DNA of 62,848 nucleotides, filler included, from Chiloscyllium plagiosum (lineage: Eukaryota), in the NCBI RefSeq assembly GCF_004010195.1. It is 3 parts of one record of this genome, joined end to end, with 100 filler letters (N's around TTAATTAATTAA, not from the genome) between each part and the next. Parts side by side here need not be neighbours in the genome. Positions count along the whole stretch, not along the records: positions 27,584 to 53,260 come from NC_057713.1; 2 more parts are not named here. One strand, written 5' to 3'. Under the pieces are notes generated by a model. That model was not told the origin of the DNA. It was given only the letters and a program-made list of their open reading frames with translations, and did not search any database. This document shows, in pieces, positions 37,045 to 50,889 of the stretch (its first letter is position 1; each line of letters starts with the position of its first letter). The translations under genes and the position numbers were made by a program.

Positions 37045-40000
37045 TGTACAAGAGGGATGGGTTGTAATTGAACTGGAGGGGCACCAATATCCTGGGTGGG
37101 AGGTTTGTGAGAGCTCTTTGGGAGGGTTTAAGCTACTTTGGTAGGGGGATAGGAACCAGAGCTATGGATCTGAGAATGGAACAGCTGGTGGACAACCAGA
37201 TACAGCGTGCAGAGAGTCTGTGAGGAGGGATAGACTGTTGCAGTCAGGGTGATGGGTTGACGTGTGTCTATTTTAACGCAAGAAGTATCAGAATTAAGGG
37301 TGATGAACTTAGAGCATGGATCAGTACTATGATGCTGTGGCCATTATGGAGACTTGGATATCACAGAGGCAGAAATGGTTGTTAGATGTTCCAGGGTTTA
37401 GATGTTGCAAAAGGAATAGAGGGGAGGTAAAAGAGGTTGAGGAGTGGTATTGCTAATCAGGGATAGTATCACAGCTGCAGAAAGAGAGGCTGTTGAGGAG
37501 GGTTTGTCGACAAAGTCAGTATGGGGAGAAGTCAGAAACATGAAAGGAACAGTCACTTTATTGGGAGTTTTCTCAGCAACCCCCCCCCAAAAAAAACAAC
37601 AGAGACATGGAGTAACAGATTGGGAGGAAGATTTTGGAAAGGTACAGAAGTAACAGGGTTGTTCTCATGGGTGACTTTGATTTCCCTAATATTGTTGGAA
37701 TCTTCTTAATTCAAATAGTTTGGATGGAACAACTTTTGTCAGTGTGTCCAGGAAGGATTCCTGACTCAATATGTAGATAGGCCAACTAGAGGGGAGGCCA
37801 TTTTGGACTTGGTGCTTGGCGAAGAACTATGCCAGGTGTCAGCTCTCTCGGTGGGAGAGCATTTCAGTGATAGAGATCACAACTCTATGACCTTTACTAT
37901 AGTAATAGGGAGGGATAGGAACAGAAGGTATAGGAAAGTATTTAATTGCGGGAGGGGAAATTACAATGCTATTGGGCAGGAACTGATGCACCTAATTTGG
38001 GAACAGATATTCTCAGGAAAATGCACAACAGAAATGTGGAGGTTGTTTCTGGAGCACTTGTTGTGAGTTCTAGATAGGTTTGTCTCACTGATGCAAGGAA
38101 GGGATGGTAGGTTGAGGTGATGGGTGACAAGGGATGTAGCATATCTAGTCAAGAGGAAGAAGGAAGCTTAATTAAGGTTGACAGGGAAAGGATCAAACAG
38201 GGGTCTAGAGGGTTATTAGGTAGCCAGGAAGGAACTGAAGAATGGATTTACAAAGAGCTAGAAGGGGGCATGAAAAAACTTTAGCAGGTAGGATTAAGGA
38301 AAACCCTAAGTCATTCTACACTTACGTGAGGAACAAGAGGACGGCCAGAGTGAGGGTCGGGCCAATCAGGGATAGTGGAGGGAACTTGCGCCTGGAGTCA
38401 GAGGAGGTAGGGGCGGTCCTTAATGAATTCTTTGCTTCAGTATTCACTACTGAGAGGGACCTTATCGTTCGTGAGGACAGCGTGAAACAGACTGGTATGC
38501 TCAAACAGGTTGATGTTAAGGAGGAGGATGTGCTGAAAGTTTTGAAAAACTTAAAGAGAGATATGTCCCCTAGGCCAGACGGAATATACCCAAGGTTACT
38601 AGAGGAAGTGAGGGAAGAGATTGCTGTGCCTTTGGTGATGATCTCTGCATCCTCACTGTCCACTGGAGTAGTACCAGATGTTTGAAGGGTGGCAAATGTT
38701 ATTCCCAAATTCAAGAAAGGGAATAGGGATAATCCTGGGAACTATAGACCAGTCAGTCTTAAGTCCATGGTGGGCTAATTATTGGAGAGGATTCTGAGAG
38801 GCAGGAGTTATGATTACTTGGAAAAGCATACTTTGATTAGAGATAGTCAGCATGGCTTTGTGAGGGGCAGGTCATGCCTCACAAACCTTACTGAATTCGT
38901 CGATGACGTGACAAAACACATTGATGAAGGTAGAGCAGTGGATTTAGTGTATATGGATTTTAGTAAGGCATTTGATAAGGTTCCCCATTGTAGGCTCATT
39001 CAGAAACTAAGGACGCATGGGATACAGGGAAACCTGTCTGGATACAGAAATGGCTGGCACATAGAAGACAGAGTGTGGTAGTAGATGGAAAGCATTCAGC
39101 CTGGAACTCGGTGACCAGTGGTGTTCTACAGGGATCTGCTGTGGGACTACTGCTCTTTGTGATGTTTATAAATGACTTGGATGAAGAAATGGAAGGGTGG
39201 GTTAGTAAGTTTCCTGATGACACGAAGGTTGGTGGAGTGGTGGATAGTGTGGAGGGCTGTTGTAGGTTGCAACGGGATATTGACAGGATACAGAGCTGGA
39301 CTGAGAAGTGGCAGATGGAGTTCAACCTGGAAAAATGTGAAGTGATTCATTTTCTAAGATTGAATTTGAATGCAGAATACAGGTTTAAAGGCAGGATTCT
39401 TGGCAGTGTGGAGGAACAGAGGGATCTTGAGGTCCACATCTTGAGTTGCCACCTAAGGTGATAGGATTGTTAAGAAGGCATATGGTGTGTTGGTTTTCAT
39501 GTGCAGGGGGATTGAGTTTAAGAGCCGCAAGCTGTATAGAGCCCTGGTTAGACCACACTTGGAACATTGTGTTCAGTTCTGGTCACCTCATTATAGGAAG
39601 GATGTGGAAGCTTTACAGAGGGTGCAGAGGAGATTTACCAGGATGCTGCATGGACTGGAGGGCATGTCATGTATGAAGAAAGGTTGAGAGAGCTAGGGCT
39701 TTTCTCATTTGAGGTGATTTGATAGAGGTGTACAAGGTGGTGAGAGGCATAGATCGAGTGGATAGCCAGAGACTTTTTCCCAAGGCAGAAATGTCTATCA
39801 TGAGGGGTCATAATTTTAAGATGGCTGGAGAAAGGTTTAGGGGAGATGTCAGAGGTAGGTTCTTTACACAGAGAGTGGTGGGTGCGTGGAATGCACTGCC
39901 AGCGGTGGTAGTAGAGTCTGATACTTAGGGACGTTTAAGCGACTCTTAGACAGGTGTATGGATGATCGTAAAACAAAGGATACGTAGATTAGTTTAATCT

Positions 40001-40095
40001 TAGAGTAGGATAAAAGGCTGACACAACATCAAGGGCCAAAGGGCCTGTATTGTGCTGTACTGTTCTATGTCTATGTCTATGTTCAATGTTCTATG
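37045..40095 (+). mobile_element. Decayed CR1, ORF1 end through complete ORF2 and tail
   Basis: Collinear EN and RT fragment ORFs (ENPKSFYTYVRNKR, VYMDFSKAFDKVPH, FPDDTK, LVRPHLEHCVQFWSP); TTCTATG tail. An older CR1 3' end lies at ~36690-37030. Confidence 0.92.
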
Positions 40096-40984
40096 AGAAC
40101 TGAGTGGCATGGGTAAGTTGGTGTGGAGAGCCTGTTTCCATGCTGTTAACCCCAATGACCTTTGTGACTCTATAACACGATATGCTTTCTCTGTCACACT
40201 CATAAACCAAAGAAAGATAACAGTTGTGAGAATCAAAGGAAGATGAGCAGCCCGGGTAAGGAATGGAGATCTGGGAATGCCTCAAGGTCTCCTCCATTTC
40301 ACCCCCAGGAAAATACAGATGGCAAGGTGAGAATCCACAGTCAAAATGTTTTCATTGGGACACATTCACTCAGAATTCATTGTATTCACCATCATCAGGA
40401 AAGTGATGGAAGGTCTCATTAACCGTGCTATCAAGCAGCTCCTGCTCAGCAATAACCTGCTTGGTGATGCCCAGTTTGGGTTCTGCCAGGGTCACAGCCT
40501 TGGTTGAAACATGGACAAAAGTGTGGCATCGAGGAGTCCTGGCAAAACCGGAATCAATGAGTATCGGGGAAAAACTCTCCACTGGTTGGAGTTATACCTA
40601 ACAGATTGGTAGATGGTCTTAGTTGTTAGAGGTCAGTTATTTCAGCTCCAGGACATTTTTGTAAGAGTTCCTCAGGGTAGTGTTGGGGATGTTCGCTAAT
40701 TATTGCACAATGTTCAGCAGCATTCGCGACTCCTCAGACACTGAAGCAGTCCATGTTCAAATGCAACACGATCTGGACAATATCCAGGCTTCAGACAACA
40801 ATTGGCAAGTAACACTCACACCACACAAATGCCAATGATTCAATAAAAGTGAATCTCTGAGAGATCTCGGTGTCCATGTACATAGATCCCTGAAATCTAC
40901 CACCCAGGTAGATTAGGTTGTTAATTGGCAAGTAACACTCACACCACACAAATGCCAGGCAATGATTCAATAAAAGTGAATCTC

Positions 40985-41650
40985 TGAGAGATCTCGGTGT
41001 CCATGTACATAGATCCCTGAAATCTACCACCCAGGTAGATTAGGTTGTTAAGAAGGTGTATGGTGTGTCAGCTTTTATTAGGAGAGGGATTCGGTTGCAG
41101 CTGTACAAAACTCTGATGTGGCCACTCTTAGAGTATTGTGTAGAGTTCTGGTCACTGCATTATAGGAAGGGCGTGGAAGCTTTGGAAAAGGTTCAAAGGA
41201 GATTTACAAGGATATTGCTTGGTATGGAGTGAAGGTCTTACGAGGAAAGACAGGGATGTGAGGCTGTTTTCATTAGAGAGAAGAAGGTTGAGTGGTGACT
41301 TAATTGAGATGTATAAGATAATCAGAGAGTGAGACAGGTTGGACAGTGAGAGTCTTTTTCCTTGGATGGAGACATCTAGCACGAGGAGACATAGCTTTAA
41401 ATTAAGGGGTGATAGATATAGGACATATGTCAGAGGTAGCTTCTTTACTCAGAGAGTAGTAGGGGCGTGGAGCGCACTGCCTGTAAGACTATTGGACTTG
41501 CCGGTATTAAGGGCATTTAAATGGTCATTGGATAGGCATATGGACAATAATGGAATAGGGTAGGATAGATGGGCTTCAGATTGGTTCCACAGGTCAGTGC
41601 AACATCGAGGGCCGAAGGGCCTGTACTGCGCTGGAATATTCTATGTTCTA
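40985..41650 (+). mobile_element. 5'-truncated CR1 inserted in the L2
   Basis: GDLIEMYKII and FFTQRVVGAW motifs; TTCTATG tail. Confidence 0.85.
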
Positions 41651-41683
41651 ATCATTGCCCTTAGACTTTCAATGGTGTTACCA

Positions 41684-41794
41684 AGATGTGGAGGTGCCAG
41701 TGTTGGACTAGGTAGACAAAGTCAGAAGTCATGAAACACCAGGGCTACTTGAACTAAACCTTTGGAATATAAACTGGTGTAGTGTGACTTCTGG
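41684..41794. mobile_element. 111-bp palindromic miniature PLE (family B-like)
   Basis: CAGAAGTCA..ACACCAG and CTGGTGT..TGACTTCTG arms; TSD AATGGTGTTACCA at 41671-41683 and 41795-41807. Confidence 0.75.
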
Positions 41795-41870
41795 AATGGT
41801 GTTACCATCACTGAAACCTCCACTATCGACATCCTGGGGGTTACCATTGACCAGAAACTGAGCTGGACTA

Positions 41871-42215
41871 TCCGGATTGGTGAGGATTCACCACGGCTGG
41901 TTTGCCACCAGCATTTCTCCACTGGGTCGTTTGATCTCTGGGGACTATTTGCCACCAGAAATATATATATGTACTGATTGTTTTCCCTCCCACCTGTTAT
42001 TGCATACTTCTCAGTCCCCTTTATTTATACAACAATATAATACATATTGATAACAAAAGAGGTAAAATAAATATCATTTTATTGGTTTATATATAAAAAT
42101 GAGTTACAAACACTTGCGGTGGCGAATCGTCCTCTGTGGCCAATGGGCGATGGCTAAGCGTCCTCGGCGGTGAAAGGGCAGTGGTGAATCGGCGGCGGTG
42201 ACTGGTCCCATCCCA
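41871..42215. mobile_element. MITE-like non-autonomous element
   Basis: GGACTA duplicated at 41865-41870 and 42216-42221; inverted GATTCACCAC/GTGGTGAATC; AT-rich core. Confidence 0.6.
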
Positions 42216-42469
42216 GGACTAGCCATATAAGCACAATGAGTACAAGAGCAGGTCAGAGGCAAGGAATATTGTGGTGAGTAACTCACCTCCGGACTCCCCA
42301 AAGCCTATCCACCACCTCCAAGGCACAAGTCAGGAGTGTGGTTGAATACTCCCCATTTGCTTGGATGGTGCAACTCCAACAACACTCGAGAAGCTTCACA
42401 CCATCCAGGACAACACAGCCATTGTGATTGGCATCACATCCACAACAGAAGAGAAGTAGCAAGGCATAT

Positions 42470-44590
42470 CATTTGAATAGATAGCTGAAGAGCGAGTGTG
42501 AGGGGGTGGGTTTCAGATTGCTGGGACTTTGGAGTTGGTCCTGGGAGAGGGACGACCAGGACCAGCTGGATACATTCCCTCTTGACAGAACTCGGACTGA
42601 TGCTTTCAGAGAAGGAGTGCTTGAGGAGGCTTTAAACTAAATTGGCAGAGGGATGCGAAACTATGCGAGGAATCAGAGGAAGGCAGATCATAGACAAGAA
42701 AGGGAAATAAGATAAGTGATAAGCAGAGAAACTGAGGGCCAGCATCAAACAGGGACATGGTGAAAAATAATGGGAACAGACAAAATTGTTAAAAATACAA
42801 TGCCTTCAGCCTTTGTGCCTAAATCCGTGGAGCATTCAAAATAAGATGGATGAATTAATCATTCAAATACATGTACCGGCTGTGATATATTTGGAATTAT
42901 GGAGAAGTGGCTGCAAGGTGACCAGGGATGGGAACTGAATGTCCAGAAGTATTCAGTATTTAGGAAGGACTGACACAATGGAAAAGGTGGTGGAGTTACA
43001 TTGCTGGTTAAAGAGGAAATAAATACAATATTGAGAAAAAATAAAACAAAGATGTGGGTGATGGCAATCTGAAACAAAACCAGAAATTGCTGCATAAACT
43101 CAGCCGGTCTGACAAGATTTGTGGGAAGAAAGCAGAGTTAACATTTTGAGTCTATTTCTGATGTAGAGTCACCAGACTCTAAACATTAATCATGCTTTAT
43201 TCCCACAGACGCTGTCAGACTTGTTGAGTTTCTTCAGCAATTTTTGTTATTAAGGAAAGATATTCACTCAGACAATTAGAATTTGTGTAGATAGCATTGA
43301 GAAATACCAATGGCAAAAAACATCAATAGGATGGTATATAGACCAAACCTGTGGTGGTGGTGATACATGCAGTAAAGGAGCATCAGTAATTATGGGAGAC
43401 TTTAATCTGCTTTAAGAATGGGTGAATCAAATTCGTCACAATACCATAGAAGAGGAATACTTAGAGGGTACACATTGAGGAACAGATATTCATACACTGG
43501 GTATTGTGTCATGAGAAAGGAATAATTGGTAATCTAGATGTGAGCAACCCTTTGGGGATGAGCAACCACACTGCTGCATCAGACAGAGGTGCACAGCATT
43601 ATGGGTAATGTGTTAGCACGGATAGATGATTGGTTAGCTAACAGAAAACAGATAGTGGGGATAAGCGGGTGCTTTTCTGGTGAGAGATCAGTGTGCCTCA
43701 GGGATTGGTGTTGGGATTATGAGTGTCTTCAATCTACAGAGATGATTTCGATTTGGAGACCAAGTGTACTGTGTCAAAGTTTGTGGATGACACTAAAATG
43801 AGTGGTAGAGCAAAATTGTGCAGAGGTCACAAAGTCTGCAGAGGGATATAGATAGGTTAAGTGGGTGGGCAAGAGTGTGGCAGCTGGAGTACAATGTTGG
43901 TAAGCACGAGGTCATCCATTTTGGTCGGAATTACAGCAAAATGGGCTATTATTGAAACGGTGAAAAATTGCAGCATGCTGCTGTGCAGAGGGACCTGGGT
44001 ATCCTTGTGCATGAATCACAAAAAGTCGGTTTGCAGGTGCAGCAGGTAATGAAAAAGGCAAATGGAATGTTGTCCTTCATTGCTAGAGGGATGGAGTTTA
44101 AAAGCTGGGAGGTTACGCTGCAGGAAGGTAGGCCCACACCCAGAGTACTGTGTACAGTTATGGTTTCCTTACTTAAGAAAGGATACACTGGCACTGAGGG
44201 GGTGCAGGGGAGGTGCACTAGATTGATTCTGGAATGAGAAAGTTGCCTTATGAGGAGAGATTGAGGAGACTGGGATTGTATTCACTGGAATTTAGAAGAA
44301 TGAGGGCGGATCTTACAGAAACAGATAAAATTATGAAGGGAATAGATAAGATAGAAGCAAGGAGGCTGTTTGCAGTGGTGGATGAAACTAGAAATCAGAG
44401 ACATATCTTCAAAATAAGGAGGAGCAGATGTAGGACTGAGTAGAGGAGGAACGTCTTCACCAAAAGGGTTGTGAATCTATGGAATTTCCTGCCCAGGGAA
44501 GCAGATGAGGCTTCCTCGTTGAATGATTTTAAGGCAAAGATAGACTTTTGAATAGTAAAGGATTTAAGGGTTACAGTGAGAGGGCAGGTA
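42470..44590 (+). mobile_element. Old CR1 with deletions, containing a palindromic PLE (family C) at ~43038-43250
   Basis: QRDLGILVHESQKV and RLRRLGLYSLEFRRMR motifs; inverted arms around a decayed CTGATG...AAACATTAA centre. Confidence 0.75.
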
Positions 44591-45703
44591 AGTGAAGATG
44601 GGGGTGAAGGTGATAGGTCGAGAGGAAGGTGGAGCAGATAGGTGGGAAGGAAAATGATCAGTCGAACAGGTGAAGAGGGCGGTGCTGAGTTAGAAGGTTG
44701 GATCTGGGATAAAGTCGGGGGAGGGAAAATAAGGAAACTGATGAAAGCCACATTGATCCCGTGTGGTTGGAGGGTCCCAAGGTAGAAGTTTAGGCATTCT
44801 TCCTCCAGGCGTCAGGTGGCTAGAGTTTGGTGGTAGAGGAAGCCCAGAATTTGCATGTCCTTGGTGGAATGGGAAGGAGTGTTGAAGTTGTCAGCCACAG
44901 GGCAGCGGGGCTGCTTGGTGTGTGTGTCCCAGAAGTGTTCTCTGAAACAGTCCACAAGTTGGCGCACTGTCTCCCCAATATAGAGGAGACCACATCAAGA
45001 GCAACAGATACAGCATGTACCTGTGGAAGTACAGGTAAATCTCTGTAAATGTGGAAGGATTCTTTGGGGCCTTGGATGGAGGTGAGGGGGGGAGGTGTGG
45101 GCGCAGGTTTTGCACCTCTTGCAGTGGCAGGGGAAGGTGCTAGGAGGAGGGTGTGTTGGTTGGAGGCATTGACCTAACAATGGAGTTGTGGAGGGAATGT
45201 TCTCTCAGGAATACAGCTAGGGTTGGGGAAGGAAATATATCCCTGGTGATGGGGTCTGTTTGTAGGTGACGGAAGTGATGGAAGATGATGTGATGTATCT
45301 GGAAGTTGATACGGTGGAAGGTGAGGACTGGGGGTTTCTGTCCTTGTTATGATTGGAGGGGTGGGGTTCAAGGGTGGAGGTGCAGGAATTGGAGGAGCTG
45401 TGCTGGAGGGCATTGTTGACCATGTTGGAGGGGAAATTTCGGTCTTTGAAGAAGGAGGCCATCTTTGATGTTCTATGGTGTAACTGGTCCTTCTGGGAGC
45501 AGATGCAGTGGAGGTAGAGGAATTGGAAGTAAGGGACAGTATTTTTGACAGGAGGGATGGTGGGAGGAGGTGTAGTCCAGGTAGCTGTGGGAGTCGGTGG
45601 GTTTGTAGAAAATGTCCGTGTTGAGTCAGTTGCTGGAAATTAAGATGGAGAGGTCCAGTAAGGGGAGGGAGTCGTCCGAGATAGTCCAGGTGAACTTGAG
45701 GTC
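44590..45703 (-). mobile_element. Neptune-type PLE 3' part
   Basis: MASFFKDRNFP, STFPCHCKRCKTCAH, YIG region and GIY-YIG C-terminus homologous to 23085-23750. Confidence 0.85.
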
Positions 45704-45739
45704 ACCAGCAGGATAGATTTGCAGACAACATGATAACTG

Positions 45740-47190
45740 ACTGTAAAAGTTTCAATAGGTATGTAGATTGGTCAGAAATGGGGAAATTTATAACTGGTTA
45801 CAAAGAGACAGCAGACAAATTAAATCAGGACTTTACTCTGCCTTCACAAAGAAAGACATAAATAATGTCACAGAAATGATGGGTTTACTGAGAGGGAGGA
45901 ACTGAAGGAAATCAGGATCAGCACAGAAATGGTGTTGGAGAAATTCATAAGATAGAAGGCCTATGAATATCCACAATGTGATAATCTACATTTCAGATAC
46001 TTATGGAAATGACTCCAGGAATAATGGATACATTGAGGGAGAGATCCCAGAGGACTGGAGAATTGCTAATATTATTCCCTTGTTTAAGAAGGGTAGCAGG
46101 GATAATCCAGGTAATTATAGACTGGTGAACCTGACATCAGTGGTAGGGAAGCTGCTGGAGAAGATACTGAGGGATACGATCTATTTACATTTGGAAGAAA
46201 ATGGGCTTATCAGTGACAAGCAACACGCAGGGATAATCCAGGTAATTATAGACCGGCGAGCCTGACGTCAGTGGTAGGAAAGCTGCTGGAGAAGATACTG
46301 AGGGATACGATCTATTTACATTTGGAAGAAAATGGGCTTATCAGTGACAAGCAACACGGTTTTATGCAGGGAAGGTCATGTCTTACCAACTTAATAGAAT
46401 TCTTTGAGGAAGTAAGAAAGTTGCTTGATGTGGGAAGTGCTGTAGATGTCATATATATATGGACATCACTAAGGCATTTGATAAGGTTCCCCATGGTAGG
46501 CTGATGGAGAAAATGAAGTTGCATGGGGTCCAGGGTGTATTAGCTAGATGGATAGAGAACTGGCTGGGCAACAGGAGACAGATAGTAGTGGAAGGGAGTT
46601 TCTCAAAATAGAGACCCGTGAGCAGTGTTCCACAGGGATCCGTGCTGGGGCCACTGTTTTTTGCAGAATCAGCTCCCTGGAAAGAAGTGTCCCATGCTGA
46701 ATCCCTCTGCCATCTCTCTTTCTCCTGTAAGAACCTGTGTTTAATTTTACTTTTTTTGCCAAGGGGTGTTTGTGGGGATTATTGCAGGAATTTGGAACAG
46801 TATCATTATGCAGGTATAATTTGTTGGGTTTTTGGATAGATTAAGTTATTCTATATTCCATTCTCTCTTGTTTGTGTTTCATTTGGTAATCTTGCAAATA
46901 AATTCTGGTTTGTTTAAAAGTAAGTGGTTTGACCAGCTGTATCCCTCCTGGAATATCCACCTTACACCTGCTTAAACCAGACGGGCAGATCAGTGAAAGA
47001 TAGAATTTAACCCTGATAAACGTAAGGGGATACAGTTTGGAAGAAGGAAAAACACAAGGGAGTACTCAATGAATGGCAGGACATTAGGAAGCTCAGAGGA
47101 ACAGAGGGATCTTGGGACATTTGTCCACAGATTCTTGAAGGTGGCAGGACAGGCTAATTAAGGTAATAAACAGGACACTTGTCTTTATCA
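45740..47190 (+). mobile_element. CR1 fragments with a 131-bp tandem duplication and an LTR-like insert (~46660-46980)
   Basis: IPEDWRIANIIPLFKKG, QHGFMQGRSCLTNLIEFF, VPQGSVLGP. Confidence 0.8.
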
Positions 47191-47197
47191 GTGACTA

Positions 47198-47305
47198 CGA
47201 GAAAGTAAGGACTGCAGATGCTGAAGACCCAGAGTTGAAAATTCAGACAGCATTCGAGGAGATGGGGAGTTGATGTTTCAGGCAAAAGCCCTTCATCAGG
47301 AATGT
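47198..47305 (-). mobile_element. PLE terminus with tail (internally deleted)
   Basis: GAGAAAGTAAGGACTGCAGATGCTG tail and GTTTCAGGCAAAAGCCCTTCATCAG core. Confidence 0.7.
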
Positions 47306-48624
47306 CGAAATGTCGTTTGTCCACACTTTTCGGCAGTATCTGTTAGCTATAATCAAATTGCCTAAAACCCATCCAAGCCAGACCTCTCACCAACTCTGCA
47401 TTTATGACCCCTCTGAAAGCAAACAAGGATAACAGAACCGTGTTAAAGGAGAGCATCATCACGCTGTTGAATTGAATAAAATTAATAATCATTAGACAAA
47501 AGAATGAAAGGCCAGCATGGACTTGTGGAGATTTTGAAGAAGTCATAGGGGGATTGACGAAGATAACACTTTTGATGTTGTGTACCTAGACTTCCAGCTG
47601 AGGTCTAACCAGTATCTTATACAAGTTCACCATTTCATCTCTCTATTCCTGTACTCTATCTCCCTAGGCTACTGTATGTTTTGTTAACAGCTCTCTCTAC
47701 CTGCCCTGTCATCTAAATATTCCCATAACATACAAATACATATGGTCTTCTGGAAAAGAGGGAGTAAAATGATTTCTCTGCAGTGATTGGCTCTCTGCAA
47801 AAAAAAACACTTTGACCAATGGGTTATTCTTGAAGGCAAAAGGATAAATTGTGGAATGTTCCAGAGTCTGTTGCTCTGATGTTCTGGTTAGTGTGGTCAA
47901 GTCACTAATCTAGCACTAATCTCTGAAGTCTTGCAAACACAAATTGATGAGGAAATACAACCTTGAGATGTTCCTTCAATCACTCTTTCAAAAGAACAAA
48001 TAGTTTTCACCCTGAACAGATGAAGAAGATTTTCTTTTCAGAATGGGAAAGATCAGCATAACAGCTTGTTAATAGCAAAACCTTTCACCAACTGGACGAG
48101 ATAAAACAAGAAATTCTCTAAACCAGTCTCACTGTTCAACACAGCCCCTGCAGAGTCTACAACAGCCATGTGATTTACAAAGGGACATAGGAACACAAGG
48201 AGGCCATTCAGCCCCTTCAGCCTGCTCCAACATTCAATAAGGTCATGGCTCATCTGTGGCCTAACTCCATGTGCCTGCCTTGGGCCCATATCCATTGGTA
48301 TCTTTGCTTAATGAAAATAGTCTATTTCAGATTTAAATTTAACAATTAAATTAGCATTGACTCCATCTGAGGAAGAGATTTCCAAACCCCACTGCTCTTT
48401 GTATGTTGAAGTACTTTCCAACATCTCTCCTCAATGGCCTGGCTCTAATTCTTCCATGGTTCCAGAATCTTCACCCAGTGGAAGTCTTTCAAGGAAGCCT
48501 TGTTAAAAAAATTCAATGTACTCATTTCTTGACTCCTGTAAAGAAACCACCCAGGTATATCCATACAACCTGAAATGAGTTCAATTTTCCACAATCCTTC
48601 AAAACTTAAATCTTTCAAGAAATA

Positions 48625-48937
48625 ATCATAGGATCCCTTCAGTACAGAAACAGGCCCTTCGGTTCAACAAGTCCATACCGACCCTGAAGAGTAACCCACC
48701 CAGACCCATTCCCCTAGTCTATATTTCCCCTGACTGATACACCTAGCCTACCCATCCCTGAACACTATAGGCAATTTAACATGACCAATTCATATAACCA
48801 GCATATCTTTGGACCACAGGAGGAAACCCACATAGTCACTGAGAGACTCCACACAGATAGTTGCCCGAGGCTGGGATCGAACCCGGGTCCCTGGCGCTGT
48901 GAGGCAGCAGTGATAATCACTGAGCCACCGTGCCGCC
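48625..48937 (-). mobile_element. HE1-like V-SINE
   Basis: A box TGGCTCAGTGA, B box GTTCGATCC, same body as 13868-14180. Confidence 0.85.
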
Positions 48938-49431
48938 TACTAATAAATTGAAGTATCTTGGGAAAATGAAATAGCAGTTTGAAATGCATTTCATTGTGAA
49001 GTTAGGAGAACACGAAGTTCTTTTTAACAATTAAGACACATTCATGTCCTCCTTCTCATTTGCTATTTTTATATAATCTACTCAATTAACTCTAATCTCT
49101 TCTTAGTACTTATACAACTGAAATAATCTTGCACTCTTGAGAAAGCACAGGTAATTATAATATTCACTTGCACAGAAAAACGATCTTTAAAAGATAGAGC
49201 TGTGATAGAAAACTCCACTAAAATAATCCAGCAATGTTTAAATATATATTTTCCACAAAGTCTAGGTGTTTATAATTAGTAAATACTAACGTTTCTTGCA
49301 GTCATGATGGACACGTACTTCAGAATGCTTCAACGTCTGTACCAATCCTTTTTCTCCTGTAATCTGCTTTTTGTTGTCATTTCTTTTCTAGAAAGGTACC
49401 TCCAGCTTCTATGTATCCCAATCATCTTCTT

Positions 49432-50765
49432 ATAGAGTCAGAGTCATCCGACACAGAAACAGACCCTTTGGTCCAACTCGGCCATGCTGACTAAGTTCAC
49501 GACATTTGGCCCATATCCTCTCAGCCTTTTCTATTCATGTCCCTGTCCAAATGTCTTGTAAATATTATTACTGTACCTCCAATTCCCACTTCCTTTGGCA
49601 GGTCATTCCGTACATGCACCATCCTCTGTGTGAACATTTTGCCCCTCAGGTGCCTTTGAAATCTTCTTGTCTCACCATAAAAATATGCCCCCTAGTTTTG
49701 AAATTCCCGACTCTAGGAAAAGACCTTTGCTATTTACCTGATCTATGCTCCTCATGCTTTTATGAACCTCTATAAGGTCACCTCTCAACGTCCTAGCTCC
49801 AGTGAAAGAAGTTCCAGTCTATCCAGCCTCTTCCTGTAACTCAAGGTCTCCATCCTGGTAATATCCTGGTGAACCTTTTCTGAATCCTCTCCAATTTAAT
49901 AATGTCCATCCTATAGCAGAGTGACCAGAACTGCACACAGTGCTCCAGAAGAGACCTCACCAACATCCTGTACAACCACAACACGATGTCCCAACACCTA
50001 CACTCAAAGGTCTGAGCAATGAAGGCTAAACACCTTTTAAACCACCCTGCCTACCTGTGACACAAAGTTCAAAGAATTATGTACCTGAACTCCCAGTTCT
50101 CTCTGTTCAAAACACTGCCCAGGATCCTACCATTAACTGTATAAATCCCACCCTCGTTCACTTTGCCAAAATGTAATACCTTGCACTTATCCAAATTAAA
50201 CCCCATCTGCCCATTGCTCAGCTCAATGATCTATTTGATCACAATCCCCTTGTACTCTTCGATAACCTTCTTCACTGTCCACCACATCAACAACTTTTGT
50301 GTCATTCGCAAACTTATCAAAAATGCCTTCTAAATTCTCATCCACATTGTTTATACAAATGACAAATGTCAGTGGACCCATCACTGATCTCTGCGGATCA
50401 CAGGTGGTTACAGTCCTCCAGTCTGAAAAACAACTTTCCGCCACCACACTCTGTCACCTAGCATCAAGCTATCCAATTGGCTATCCAGCCTGAATCCCAT
50501 GTGATCTAACTTTACGAATCAGTCTACCACGAGGAATCTTGTCAAAAGCTTTACTAAACCATATAGACAACATCTACTGCTCTGCTCTCATCAATCTTTT
50601 TGGTTACATCCTCAAAAAACTCAATCAAGTTGGTTACACATGACTTTTCACGCACAAAACCTTGCTGACTATCCCTAATCAGTCCTTGCCTTTCCAAATG
50701 CATGTATATCCTATTTCTCAGAATACCCTCCAACAACTTACCCACCACCGATGTCAGACTTACCA
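49432..50765 (-). mobile_element. 5'-truncated CR1
   Basis: VSLTSVVGKLLE, SCVTNLIEFFED, KFANDTKV; GACTCT tail. Confidence 0.85.
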
Positions 50766-50889
50766 CACCCACTCCCAAATCATTAGCATCTCCTGAAGGC
50801 TCTAGTGAATTTTGAGGATGTAACTCTGAAGATAGACAAGGGAGATCCAGTAGATGTAGTGTACCTGGACTTTCAGAAAGCTTTTGATA

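Larger units (their letters stand above)
40380..42450 (+). mobile_element. L2-like LINE RT region split by several insertions
   Basis: VPQGS (~40665), ILGVTIDQKL.W (41830-41870), KAQVRSVVEYSP.AW (42320-42365). Confidence 0.65.
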
